Assembly: GCA_902803285.1 (NCBI GenBank)
Contig: CADCPC010000043.1
Location: forward strand, 1 to 45,769
Direction: 5' to 3'
Length of the DNA stretch: 45,769 bases
Origin: an uncultured Erysipelotrichaceae bacterium
GTDB taxonomy: Bacteria; Bacillota_I; Bacilli_A; RFN20; CAG-826
Below, piece after piece: positions 1 to 8,882 of this stretch. Both the position numbers and the translations under genes were made by a program. Below the pieces are notes generated by a model that worked only from the letters and a program-made list of their open reading frames with translations, was not told where the DNA came from and searched no databases. Positions within the stretch are counted from its first letter, which is position 1. Every line of letters starts with the position of its first letter.

Positions 1-1
1 A

Positions 2-175
2 GATCTATATTACCTTTTCTTAGCAAAAGACACCTTTGCGTTTGATGCTAAACAATATTTTATCGGCTATAACAAAGAACACAAAAGGTGCGCTTTAATA
101 TTTATTACTGAACATGGTTTAAGAAATGAGCCTGTACTAGGAATCGTTTCTCCTGGAGATGTATTTAATATTTAA
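2..175 (+). CDS. 3' end of a CDS, probable CBS-domain protein (partial, runs off window)
   Basis: Open frame to TAA 173-175 translates ...CALIFITEHGLRNEPVLGIVSPGDVFNI*, which resembles a CBS-domain C-terminus. Confidence 0.5.
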   Translation, partial: DLYYLFLAKDTFAFDAKQYFIGYNKEHKRCALIFITEHGLRNEPVLGIVSPGDVFNI

Positions 176-243
176 TTAAGTCGTCCATAGTGGCGACAAA
201 TAATGCATTATTTACACAATAAAGTATAAAAGAGGCAAAGATT

Positions 244-339
244 ATGAAAAAAGGACTAATATTTGCTACCCTAACATGCACAATATCGATGGGCCTTGTT
301 GCTTGCAAACAAAACAAAATAGATCTAGTTAAACGCTAG
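244..339 (+). CDS. 31-aa lipoprotein-signal peptide ORF (mini-lipoprotein or remnant)
   Basis: MKKGLIFATLTCTISMGLVACKQNKIDLVKR*; basic N-terminus, hydrophobic core, LVAC lipobox; AGAGG upstream. Confidence 0.5.
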   Translation: MKKGLIFATLTCTISMGLVACKQNKIDLVKR

Positions 340-348
340 ATCTTTTTT
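321..348 (+). terminator. Intrinsic terminator
   Basis: AGATCTAG-7nt-CTAGATCT followed by T-run. Confidence 0.7.
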
Positions 349-371
349 ATATAAATCAATTTATATATTAG

Positions 372-400
372 TTGTGAGATACACACCTAGATGATATAAT
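372..400 (+). promoter_or_regulatory. Sigma-A promoter for the small toxin-like ORF
   Basis: TTGTGA(372-377)-17nt-TATAAT(395-400) with extended TGn. Confidence 0.6.
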
Positions 401-481
401 GATATTGACAAAGCAAAGTCGTTAAAACTCGGAACGGAAACCTCTCAGACTATAGAAATTATAGAAAGGAGGCATCCCACA

Positions 482-571
482 ATGAAGGACGATTATAAAG
501 AGTTGATGAAACTCCTAAAAGCCACCTTACTTTGTCTTCTACTATGTCTAATTGGCTTGCTAATGAGATAA
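482..571 (+). CDS. 29-aa hydrophobic peptide, candidate type I toxin
   Basis: MKDDYKELMKLLKATLLCLLLCLIGLLMR*; strong SD AGAAAGGAGG 463-472; structured UTRs. Confidence 0.65.
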   Translation: MKDDYKELMKLLKATLLCLLLCLIGLLMR

Positions 572-632
572 AAAAAGAAGCTCTCGATTAACCATAACCA
601 TTAAGTAAATCTGAGGGGCTCCGTTCTTCTGG
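570..632 (-). ncRNA. Candidate convergent antisense antitoxin RNA (ends approximate)
   Basis: Minus-strand extended -10 TGcTATAAT at 645-637; imperfect hairpin followed by a U-tract (A-run 570-576 on +). Confidence 0.45.
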
Positions 633-669
633 TTATATTATAGCAAATTTATAATGGAAGTGAATACTT

Positions 670-1458
670 ATGTCTAAAGAAACGATAGGAAAAAGAATTA
701 AAACATTTAGAAAAGAAAGAGGCCTTACTCAAGCTCAGCTCGCTAAAGATCTTGGCTATTCTCATAAATCAGTTATTACCCATATTGAAAAAGGCGAATC
801 TGAAATGTCTTATGAGAAGATGCTCCTTTTACTTCGCACTTATGCTGCTGACGCTAACGAATTATTTGATGTCCAAAGAATTGATAAGTTAATAGATGAG
901 CACAAAGAATATTTGGTTGATGAGCAAATTGCGTATTTAGCGAAATATTTTTGTAAAGACACCCCTGTTTTCATAAAAAAAGACATAGTTATTAAATATC
1001 AGGATGCACCTATTTATTTCCGTTATGTCAATAATCAAAATGATTTGATATATGTGCTATTTGATTGTGAATTAACTCCAGAACAAAAAGATCTTGTTAA
1101 TCCTCCTTCTTTTTCAATAGGAAGAGCGTTCCTTAAACCTAACTACAATTTCCCTTTTGTAATTTGTTTAAAGGAAAACGATCAAAGAATTGGGTTTGTT
1201 AATCTATCTAAATGGTTAGGAAAAGGTGACGCTTTTACTTGGAGCTTACTAATCGATAAAAAGTATCAAGGAAAAGGATATGGCAGAAGTAGTGCTGAAT
1301 TAGCGGTAAGAGTGTTAAAATCCATAAATAGTAAAAAGCACATTAAGTTAGCTACAAAGCAAGATAACTTAAAAGCACATAAGCTATATGAATCTTTAGG
1401 CTTTGAAAAAACTGAAGAACTAGATGGTGATGACTTAGTGTTTCAACTCAAAGACTAA
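670..1458 (+). CDS. XRE helix-turn-helix / GNAT (spermidine acetyltransferase-like) fusion
   Basis: N-terminal IGKRIKTFRKERGLTQAQLA...IEKGE HTH; C-terminal YQGKGYG and N..A..LYESLGF GNAT motifs. Confidence 0.85.
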   Translation: MSKETIGKRIKTFRKERGLTQAQLAKDLGYSHKSVITHIEKGESEMSYEKMLLLLRTYAADANELFDVQRIDKLIDEHKEYLVDEQIAYLAKYFCKDTPVFIKKDIVIKYQDAPIYFRYVNNQNDLIYVLFDCELTPEQKDLVNPPSFSIGRAFLKPNYNFPFVICLKENDQRIGFVNLSKWLGKGDAFTWSLLIDKKYQGKGYGRSSAELAVRVLKSINSKKHIKLATKQDNLKAHKLYESLGFEKTEELDGDDLVFQLKD

Positions 1459-1554
1459 CTATAGCAAAATAGACGTTCTCTAAATGAAGTGCCTTTTTAT
1501 TAATGTTTGTCATAATCTCAATTGTGTTATTAAATAATTGGTGAATTAATAATT

Positions 1555-1980
1555 ATGATTAAACCATTAATTAAAACCTATTCAAAACTCAATGAAGATT
1601 CTAGATACATAAGAACTACTGTTTTTGTTTTGGAACAAGGGTTTGAAGAAGAATTTGACACTATTGATGATAATGCAATTCATTTTGTTATGTATCTAGA
1701 TAACAAGTCAATTGCCACTGCAAGAATATATGTTGATAACAGCATTATTCATCTTGGTAGATTTGCGGTTTTAAAAGAATATAGGGCGTTAGGATATGGC
1801 AAATTATTGATAAACCATATCGAAGAATATGTTGCAAAGAAGTTTAATAATCCTTGCATAGAGTTATCTGCGCAAAAAAGAGCAATAGGATTTTATTCAA
1901 AATGTGGATATGTTACGCAAGGGGAATATTATCTAGACGAGGGCTATCCTCATATTAAAATGATTAAGTTTTTAAGATAA
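1555..1980 (+). CDS. GNAT acetyltransferase, ElaA/YjcF-like
   Basis: IR..VFV.EQG, GRFAVL..YR..GYG, AQ..A.GFY..CGY, DEG.PH..M motifs. Confidence 0.9.
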   Translation: MIKPLIKTYSKLNEDSRYIRTTVFVLEQGFEEEFDTIDDNAIHFVMYLDNKSIATARIYVDNSIIHLGRFAVLKEYRALGYGKLLINHIEEYVAKKFNNPCIELSAQKRAIGFYSKCGYVTQGEYYLDEGYPHIKMIKFLR

Positions 1981-2033
1981 CACACTACATATATTGTTAT
2001 AATTAGTATATCTAATTCTCAGGGGGCGCGATT

Positions 2034-3245
2034 ATGTGCTGGCTAATGAAAAAAGCGTGGTATCGCATTTGCCAAAAGGTTTTGAAATTTGGCATGTGTT
2101 TTATGGATTGGTCTGAACCTACTCTTCTTGAAGGAGAAGGAGCGGTTTTAAGACTTCCAAAATTTGTTAAAGACAAAGGCATAAATAAAGTTCTTGTTGT
2201 AACCGATAAAGGACTTATGGGTTTGCGTTTATTAGATCCAATGTTTAAGGAATTAGAAAAAGAAGGGCTTTCCTACATTGTTTTTGATGATGTTAAACCT
2301 AATCCAACCATCCCTAATATTGAAGCTTGTAAAGACGCTTATATAAATAATAAGTGTGAAGGTATTATCGCTTTTGGTGGCGGTTCACCTATGGACTGCG
2401 CAAAAGCGGCAGCAGCAAGAGTGGTAAAACCAAAACAATCAGTTCGTCAGATGAGAGGATATTTGAAAGTTCATAAGAAGCTTCCACCTTTCTTTGCAGT
2501 TCCTACTACAGCAGGAACAGGTTCAGAAACTACTTTAGCCGCAGTAGTGACAGATCCAGAAACCCATGAAAAGAATGCAATTTGTGACACATCATTGCGC
2601 CCTAAATACGCAGTGCTTGATCCTGTATTAACATTAGGACTGCCTCCTCATATCACCTCTACTACTGGTATGGACGCTTTAACTCATGCAGTGGAATCCT
2701 ATATTGGTAAGAGCAATGTTAAATCCACAATTAGATATGCTGAAGAAGCTACTATCTTAATTCATGACAATTTAGAGAAAGCATATCTAGACGGCAAAAA
2801 CATGGAAGCCAGAAATAATATGCTTAAGGCATCATTCTTAGCTGGCAGTGCTTTTACTAGAGCTTTTGTTGGTTATGTTCACGCAATTGCTCATAATTTA
2901 GGTGGCTTATATAACACTCCTCATGGACTTGCAAATGCAGTTATCTTACCTTATGTCTTAGAATGGTATGGTAGTTCCGTTTATAAACCTCTATCAAAAC
3001 TAGCAGATCTTATTGGTATCACTAAAGAAAATATGAGCAGCGAAGAAAAGGCTAAATTATTCATTAGTGAAATTAGAAGAATGAATAAGGCTATGAATAT
3101 TCCTGAGAAGTTTGATTTTATCAAAGAAGAAGATATTCCGACTTTAGTTGCTAGAGCCTTAAAAGAAGGTAATCCTGGCTATCCGGTTCCAAAAATTATG
3201 AAAAAGAAGGACTGCGAACAAGTGATTCGCTCTCTGATGGTGTAA
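2034..3245 (+). CDS. Iron-containing alcohol dehydrogenase
   Basis: GGGSPMD, PTTAGTGSE, GMDALTHAVES, HAIAH..GG...HG; extended -10 TGtTATAAT at 1995-2003. Confidence 0.93.
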   Translation: MCWLMKKAWYRICQKVLKFGMCFMDWSEPTLLEGEGAVLRLPKFVKDKGINKVLVVTDKGLMGLRLLDPMFKELEKEGLSYIVFDDVKPNPTIPNIEACKDAYINNKCEGIIAFGGGSPMDCAKAAAARVVKPKQSVRQMRGYLKVHKKLPPFFAVPTTAGTGSETTLAAVVTDPETHEKNAICDTSLRPKYAVLDPVLTLGLPPHITSTTGMDALTHAVESYIGKSNVKSTIRYAEEATILIHDNLEKAYLDGKNMEARNNMLKASFLAGSAFTRAFVGYVHAIAHNLGGLYNTPHGLANAVILPYVLEWYGSSVYKPLSKLADLIGITKENMSSEEKAKLFISEIRRMNKAMNIPEKFDFIKEEDIPTLVARALKEGNPGYPVPKIMKKKDCEQVIRSLMV

Positions 3246-3271
3246 AAATATATTATAATAGGTATATAGAT

Positions 3272-3982
3272 ATGTTTTATTTAATACCTCTATCGATTGG
3301 AATAGTTTTACTGGGTGTTTTTCTCTATTTTAGAGTGAAAGAAAAACGCGTTCTTGCTCTGATACTTAAAGGTTTAACATCTTTAATGTTTATTGCTACT
3401 GCAGTAGTTGCGTGGTTAACTTCTAAAAACCCAACTAGTTACTATGGCTTATTTGTTATAGCAGGATTATTCTTTGGCTTATTAGGAGACGTATTCCTAG
3501 ATTTGAAATACATCGTATTGTCAAAAGAAAAGATGTACACAATTCTTGGGTTCTGCGCTTTTGGAGTTGGCCATGTCTTCTTTACAACTGGTTTATTCCT
3601 TCATTTCTTTGACTTCACAAGAAGCGTATTGTTCATCATCATCCCTGTAATAGTGGCAGCTTTATTTGTAGTTATCTCATTACTAATGGAAGTATTTAGC
3701 AAAATTAGATACAAGGATATGAAGCCATTTGTTATTGGATATGGACTCATTCTATTCTTTACTGTTGCAATGTATTTCAGCGCTGCTATACAAGGTAGCT
3801 GGCAAGTAGTGCCAGTAGTTATTATGGCAGTAGGATTAGTGTTATTTGCCTTATCTGATTTGATTTTAAATAACACTTATTTTGCTCCTGGATTTAACAC
3901 TCCTGGATTTGTCATTTCTAATCACATTTTCTATTACGTAGCCCAATTTACCATAGCGGTTTCATTATTCTTTTTGTTCTAA
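3272..3982 (+). CDS. YhhN/TMEM86-family membrane protein (lysoplasmalogenase-like)
   Basis: About 8 TM segments; LKGLTS, GDVFL, F..GH, FALSDLIL, YYVAQ family motifs. Confidence 0.85.
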   Translation: MFYLIPLSIGIVLLGVFLYFRVKEKRVLALILKGLTSLMFIATAVVAWLTSKNPTSYYGLFVIAGLFFGLLGDVFLDLKYIVLSKEKMYTILGFCAFGVGHVFFTTGLFLHFFDFTRSVLFIIIPVIVAALFVVISLLMEVFSKIRYKDMKPFVIGYGLILFFTVAMYFSAAIQGSWQVVPVVIMAVGLVLFALSDLILNNTYFAPGFNTPGFVISNHIFYYVAQFTIAVSLFFLF

Positions 3983-3996
3983 TATTGTTGAAAACT

Positions 3997-4026
3997 AAGG
4001 AGCGGCCAAAGACCGCTTTTTTTCTT
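3997..4026 (+). terminator. Intrinsic terminator
   Basis: AAGGAGCGG/CCGCTTTTT stem plus T-run. Confidence 0.75.
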
Positions 4027-4027
4027 G

Positions 4028-4056
4028 TTGTACAAATCTATTTTATAAGATAAAAT
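4028..4056 (+). promoter_or_regulatory. Sigma-A promoter of MFS gene
   Basis: TTGTAC-17nt-TAAAAT; SD AAGGAG 4076-4081. Confidence 0.6.
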
Positions 4057-4090
4057 TTATTTACCGTTTTTTATAAAGGAGAAAATATAA

Positions 4091-5803
4091 ATGGGCTTTT
4101 TTAATGTAGGCGCCACTTATGAAGGAAACAAAGTTCCTAAACTTACAAAGTGGCTATTCCCATTATCAGGCATTTTTAGAGATGCCTGTTACGCTTTAGT
4201 TGGATCCTTCTTACTTCAATACGCTTTAAACAGTGGCGTTTTGAGCAGCGATCCTAACGTTTTTAAAGCACAATATGGCGTAATTACTGTTGCAATGATT
4301 ATTGCTCTTATTTGGGATGGTATCAACGATCCTATCATGGGCTTCATTGTTGAGAAATTCCGTTTCAAAAATCTAGGTAAATTCAAACCATGGATTTTAT
4401 TTGGCGCTATTGGTAATGCTATCGCAGTTGTTTGTATGTTTGTTATTAGACCAACATTTGCAAATGGTACAGCTAATGGTTGGGCATTCGTTGGTGTCAT
4501 GATCGCATTCTATTTCTTGTGGGATTTATTCTTCACTGTTAACGACATTGGTTATTGGTCAATGTTACCATCATTAACAAATGATGAACACGAAAGAGCA
4601 TCTATCACATCCTTAATGACAATTTCCGCTTCTATTGGTGGATTCATTATGACTGCTGGATGTATGTTACTTCCTACAATGTTTGCTCAATTGTCATCGG
4701 CGCAGATGTATATGATTTTGTCTATTGTGGTTGCATTCCTGTTCCTGCTATCGCAGGTTGCTGTCTTCCTGTTATGTAAAGAAAGAAGGATAGACCCTAA
4801 ACAAGAACAAGTTAGTGAAGAAACTCACTTCTTAGACTTATTTAAAGTGTTTGGCAAAAACAAAGAACTTAGAGTTGCTATTATCGGTATGTTCTTATAT
4901 TACTTAGCATCTGGTGTCTTAACTGGTGGTATCGGTTTGAATTTCTTCTACTTATCTCTTGGTTATGGATCAGGCCGTGGTGGATTGGTTTCTACAGTCA
5001 TCTCAGTTATGTACGTATTAGCTATGGTCATATCTCAAGCAATTTATCCAGTCATTGCTAAGAAGATGTCCAAACAAAAGATCTTAACTATGACATTTAT
5101 TATCCAAATGGTTGGATTTGCTGGATTCTTCCTCTGTTGCGTCCCACTATTTGGCGAGAATCCAATTGCTTATAATCCATTGCCTGAATTAGTAGACAAA
5201 AAAGCTTTCTTTAATTTTGACTTTGGCTGGGCATTTGGCGGAACAATGTTCATGTACTATTTATTCCCATTCATCTTCTTCTTTGGAATGGGTATGATGT
5301 ATCTAGCTATTATGGTTATGTTCCAAGACGCTATTGATTACAACGAATACAAATATGGTGAAAGAAAAGAATCTATCATTTCTGCTTGGAGACCATTAGA
5401 TGTTAAATTATCTTCCGCTCTCTTAAGAGGATTCCAATTCCTTATCTTCTTAGTTGCTGGATTAATGCCTGCTGTTACCGCTATTAGTGATGCTGAAAAC
5501 GTACATAATGCAAATACAGTTGCACATTTTGGAGATAAAGATTATTTCGATTACGACTTCGTCGATAATGTGTTAGCAGCAAAAGCAATGGCTGATTCAA
5601 ATATGTTGCGTATTGCAGGTATCTTAATTGTTGTTATTCTCGTTGCTTCAATTGTTGCTGCATGGTTATTAATGCACTTTGGTTATACAATCACCGAAGA
5701 AAAGCATCAAGAAATTGTTAACGAACTCGAAAAGAGACATAGAGAAGCTGAAATTGCAGCAGGCGAAACTCCTGAAGCACCAGAAGCTGAACCAATCTCT
5801 TAA
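4091..5803 (+). CDS. GPH (MelB-like) cation symporter, MFS_2 family
   Basis: WDGINDPIMG, GKFKPW, NDIGYWSMLPSLT, D..DY.EYK.G.R.E motifs; 12+ TM segments. Confidence 0.9.
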   Translation: MGFFNVGATYEGNKVPKLTKWLFPLSGIFRDACYALVGSFLLQYALNSGVLSSDPNVFKAQYGVITVAMIIALIWDGINDPIMGFIVEKFRFKNLGKFKPWILFGAIGNAIAVVCMFVIRPTFANGTANGWAFVGVMIAFYFLWDLFFTVNDIGYWSMLPSLTNDEHERASITSLMTISASIGGFIMTAGCMLLPTMFAQLSSAQMYMILSIVVAFLFLLSQVAVFLLCKERRIDPKQEQVSEETHFLDLFKVFGKNKELRVAIIGMFLYYLASGVLTGGIGLNFFYLSLGYGSGRGGLVSTVISVMYVLAMVISQAIYPVIAKKMSKQKILTMTFIIQMVGFAGFFLCCVPLFGENPIAYNPLPELVDKKAFFNFDFGWAFGGTMFMYYLFPFIFFFGMGMMYLAIMVMFQDAIDYNEYKYGERKESIISAWRPLDVKLSSALLRGFQFLIFLVAGLMPAVTAISDAENVHNANTVAHFGDKDYFDYDFVDNVLAAKAMADSNMLRIAGILIVVILVASIVAAWLLMHFGYTITEEKHQEIVNELEKRHREAEIAAGETPEAPEAEPIS

Positions 5804-5821
5804 TTAGTTATTAAGATTTAT

Positions 5822-5850
5822 AGACCTCACTCAGTGGGGTCTTTTCTTTT
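5822..5850 (+). terminator. Intrinsic terminator
   Basis: AGACCTCAC-tca-GTGGGGTCT plus T-run. Confidence 0.8.
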
Positions 5851-5875
5851 ACTAAAAAATATTGAAGATAATTTG

Positions 5876-5904
5876 TTGATATTTTAAAAGCATTTCTATA
5901 CAAT
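5876..5904 (+). promoter_or_regulatory. tRNA promoter
   Basis: TTGATA-17nt-TACAAT. Confidence 0.7.
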
Positions 5905-5916
5905 TTATCTTGCTCT

Positions 5917-5992
5917 GGGTCATTAGCTCATCTGGGAGAGCGCTTCCATGGCATGGAAGAGGTGGTCGGTTCGAGCCCGATATGATCCACCA
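5917..5992 (+). tRNA. tRNA-Ala(GGC)
   Basis: 76-nt cloverleaf; acceptor GGGTCAT/ATGATCC with G3:U70; anticodon arm CTTCC-ATGGCAT-GGAAG; GGTTCGA T-loop; encoded CCA. Confidence 0.98.
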
Positions 5993-6003
5993 GAATGAAT
6001 GCT

Positions 6004-6028
6004 AACTCTGATTTATCAGAGTTTTTTT
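6004..6028 (+). terminator. Terminator after tRNA
   Basis: AACTCTGA/TCAGAGTT stem plus T-run. Confidence 0.8.
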
Positions 6029-6092
6029 ATACTCTTATCGTTCTAATTTGATTATTATTCACAATAGACAAAAAATAATTTATTATTTTATT

Positions 6093-8870
6093 ATGAGCAA
6101 TCTCGATAAGTCACATGATGACTTAACAACTTCTGATAGAAGTGGTGCTTTTACTGTTAACCAAAATAATGGTGGTTATCAGCAGATTTCTAATGAATCT
6201 AAGATTAACGTCTTCCAGCCAAAGGCAGTAAATAAATATCAATCAAATCCGAATGGTATTTTTAAAATTCAAGAAACTAATAAAATAAATAAATTACCTG
6301 TTGGTAAGAAAAAATCTTCTACTGCGACAAAGTCGCTTTCATTATTCTTTGTTGGTAGTTCAGTTGCTGGTTCTGCTGTTGTTGGTGTCGGCGCTATTTT
6401 AAGCAAAGACTTCGATGTTTCTTTATATTATCAATCCGCATCTTCTCTAGTGTTTGATGTTAATAAGAAAAATGTCGCTGAAAACGATAGAGTGTTAACT
6501 ATATTAGAAGACGGCAATGATTCTTTTGAATATGAAATCACCAAAGAACAATACGCAACATTTGAAGATTTAAAAGAGAATACTACATATACTTTTACAA
6601 TTTTGTTATTTGAGAATTATTACAATCAAGAAACAGAAGTAGAAGTGGCACCAAAGAAGAAGTTCTCTGCCTCTTATCAAACTTCAATGATTGATTATAA
6701 TGTTCCAATCGAAGTTATTAATTATTCTGCTGAATTATTAGATTTTGTTGTCATAAACGAGACACCATTCCCCTTCTTAACTACAGAAGTCATATTTACT
6801 GAATACAAGATAGATGAAGCTAATGATGATTTTACTATCACTTCGAAAACTGTTCTCGTTCAAGACTTTACCGAACATAAACAAGAGTTCACTCTTAAAA
6901 ATCTTCCTTATGATACTGGTATTACTATTTCCGTTAAAAACGGCAATAGAGGTGTAGGCAAATTAGAATTGTCACCTCTTACACCTGAACCAGTTGAACC
7001 AACAGCTGAATATATTGAATTAGTTGAACCAGTTGAATCCTACTATGTAGGCGATGAATTTATTATGCCTACTGTCAGCTTACATTATCTAGATTCTGAA
7101 CAGGTTACTGATGTCACTAACGAAGCAACAGTAGAGGGCTTTGATTCTAGTGAAGCGGGAAGAATCACAGTCACTATCTCTTATATAACTAGTGATGGCA
7201 GAATTCTTACAGCAGAATATGAAGTTATTATCTTAGATAAAGAATTAATACCAAGCGAAATCACTGTTGATAATGTTATTGATAAATATTACATAGGAGA
7301 CGAATTCATTCCTCCTTTAGTGTTATTACATTATTCCAACTCAGAAGAAACCACTGATGTCACTGAAATGTCTGACTTCTCAGGCTTTGATTCTAGCGAA
7401 GCAGGTATGATTTTAGTTACTGTCTATTATGTAGTGGGAGAAGAAAGACTTACTACAGAATTTGAAGTGGAGATTGTAGATGTCGGCGTTTATGAAACTG
7501 ATAGAGTAGTCTCTTATAATTCATTTGATGTCACTTACAGCATTGCCTTACAGGATGAATATTCTAAACTCTCTATCTATGTTAATGAAACGCTACAAAC
7601 CTTACCTGAACTAACTCAAGATGGAACATTCACAGTTTCAATGACGGATTTAGATCCAGAAACCACATACGTTATCGATATTAGAAATTCAGAAGGTGGA
7701 TTATTAATAAGTTCTGAAATTGAAACAGTCTTCTTAGTTAACATGACTCTTAATCAAGAAACTAAGATGTTTGGATTAGAATTTAATGAAAAGTTCATCC
7801 AGGATATGGGCAGAACCCAATATTACTACCGCATAACTTTTGAAGAAAAATCTGTTTATGATGGAGAGATTTACGAGGCAATCATTCCTGAGCTTGATTT
7901 GATGTTCGCAGAAGGTGTATATACAGTTGATATCTACTATTTGGAAGATATAGCGACAGGCGAAGAAGAAGTCTTATTCTACAGCAAAGACTTTACATTT
8001 AAAGATGAGACTGAGTACGTTGAAGTCATAGAAACTAGCGTCACTATTTCTTATGGTTCTATTACTCCTGTATTCCAATTATCGGATATAACCAAATTAA
8101 GCGATTTGGTGTTTGAATTAAATAACGAAGTGTTAGATCACGAATCTTTTGAAGTTGATGGTAATCAAGTTACTGTTTCTCTTAAAGATTTAATTGAAGA
8201 CACTGCTTATAGACTTGTTATTTATCAAGATCAAGTCAACATCTTTGAAAGTGAATACGATACCGCATATATCACTAAGGTTATTCAAACTTCAGATTCA
8301 GATACTATTTCCATTAACGCAACATATGCCTTAGACGTGGGACTTAGCGCTGATCACATTATTAGACTCTATGATTCTAATAAGGACGTGGTATTTGAAA
8401 CTCAATATCCAGATAATGTAGAAATACCTATCGTAGATCAATCTGGAGGACGAATTACTCTTTATAACGAAGTTTATACATTGGAAATTGGTCTTTACAC
8501 AGTTGAACAAACTTATGACATCGTTTATACAAAAGACATGCAATTAGAAGGTGACACTCGCCCAAGCTTTTCTGCTGAATATGTGGGCGACTATATTGTC
8601 ACAATCACATTTGATGGTGGTACATTACCAGATAGTCCTGATAACGCATACGCAATTCAGATACAGTGCGGTGAAGATTATTATGTTTATATTGATTCCG
8701 CACAATTTGTAGCAATCGGTGATGAAGTCCGTATTAATTTAAATAGTGGCTCCATCGATGGTGAAACAGGTCCAGCAACATACAATGTTGTTACCGGTGA
8801 ATACACAGTTGAATTTTTGTACAATAGAGTCGCTTTCTCTCGTACAACATTTGATATTACTGAAATTTAG
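6093..8870 (+). CDS. Large acidic single-pass surface protein with Ig-like (Big_3-type) and Fn3-like domains
   Basis: ATG 6093 preferred; one hydrophobic segment (SLSLFFVGSSVAGSAVVGVGAIL); E/D/T/V-rich beta-type ectodomain; two YY.GDEF...GFDSSEAG repeats; recurring L...T.Y motifs. Confidence 0.7.
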   Translation: MSNLDKSHDDLTTSDRSGAFTVNQNNGGYQQISNESKINVFQPKAVNKYQSNPNGIFKIQETNKINKLPVGKKKSSTATKSLSLFFVGSSVAGSAVVGVGAILSKDFDVSLYYQSASSLVFDVNKKNVAENDRVLTILEDGNDSFEYEITKEQYATFEDLKENTTYTFTILLFENYYNQETEVEVAPKKKFSASYQTSMIDYNVPIEVINYSAELLDFVVINETPFPFLTTEVIFTEYKIDEANDDFTITSKTVLVQDFTEHKQEFTLKNLPYDTGITISVKNGNRGVGKLELSPLTPEPVEPTAEYIELVEPVESYYVGDEFIMPTVSLHYLDSEQVTDVTNEATVEGFDSSEAGRITVTISYITSDGRILTAEYEVIILDKELIPSEITVDNVIDKYYIGDEFIPPLVLLHYSNSEETTDVTEMSDFSGFDSSEAGMILVTVYYVVGEERLTTEFEVEIVDVGVYETDRVVSYNSFDVTYSIALQDEYSKLSIYVNETLQTLPELTQDGTFTVSMTDLDPETTYVIDIRNSEGGLLISSEIETVFLVNMTLNQETKMFGLEFNEKFIQDMGRTQYYYRITFEEKSVYDGEIYEAIIPELDLMFAEGVYTVDIYYLEDIATGEEEVLFYSKDFTFKDETEYVEVIETSVTISYGSITPVFQLSDITKLSDLVFELNNEVLDHESFEVDGNQVTVSLKDLIEDTAYRLVIYQDQVNIFESEYDTAYITKVIQTSDSDTISINATYALDVGLSADHIIRLYDSNKDVVFETQYPDNVEIPIVDQSGGRITLYNEVYTLEIGLYTVEQTYDIVYTKDMQLEGDTRPSFSAEYVGDYIVTITFDGGTLPDSPDNAYAIQIQCGEDYYVYIDSAQFVAIGDEVRINLNSGSIDGETGPATYNVVTGEYTVEFLYNRVAFSRTTFDITEI
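7041..7480 (+). repeat. Two tandem 82-codon Ig-like repeats
   Basis: GGCTTTGATTCTAG at 7137 and 7383 (246-nt period); YYVGDEF and YYIGDEF starts at 7041 and 7287. Confidence 0.8.
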
Positions 8871-8882
8871 GAGGGTTACATT

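Noticed and set aside
405-433. Perfect TTGACA at 405-410 as a -35, or a riboswitch in this leader
   Set aside because: No -10 at 16-18 nt spacing; no aptamer consensus recognised; the upstream extended -10 explains the locus better
2001-2017. AATTAG-5-CTAATT palindrome at the ADH promoter
   Set aside because: Short and AT-rich; could arise by chance and no second copy was found
5917-6100. Integrated element at tRNA-Ala
   Set aside because: No integrase or duplicated tRNA 3' end seen in the window
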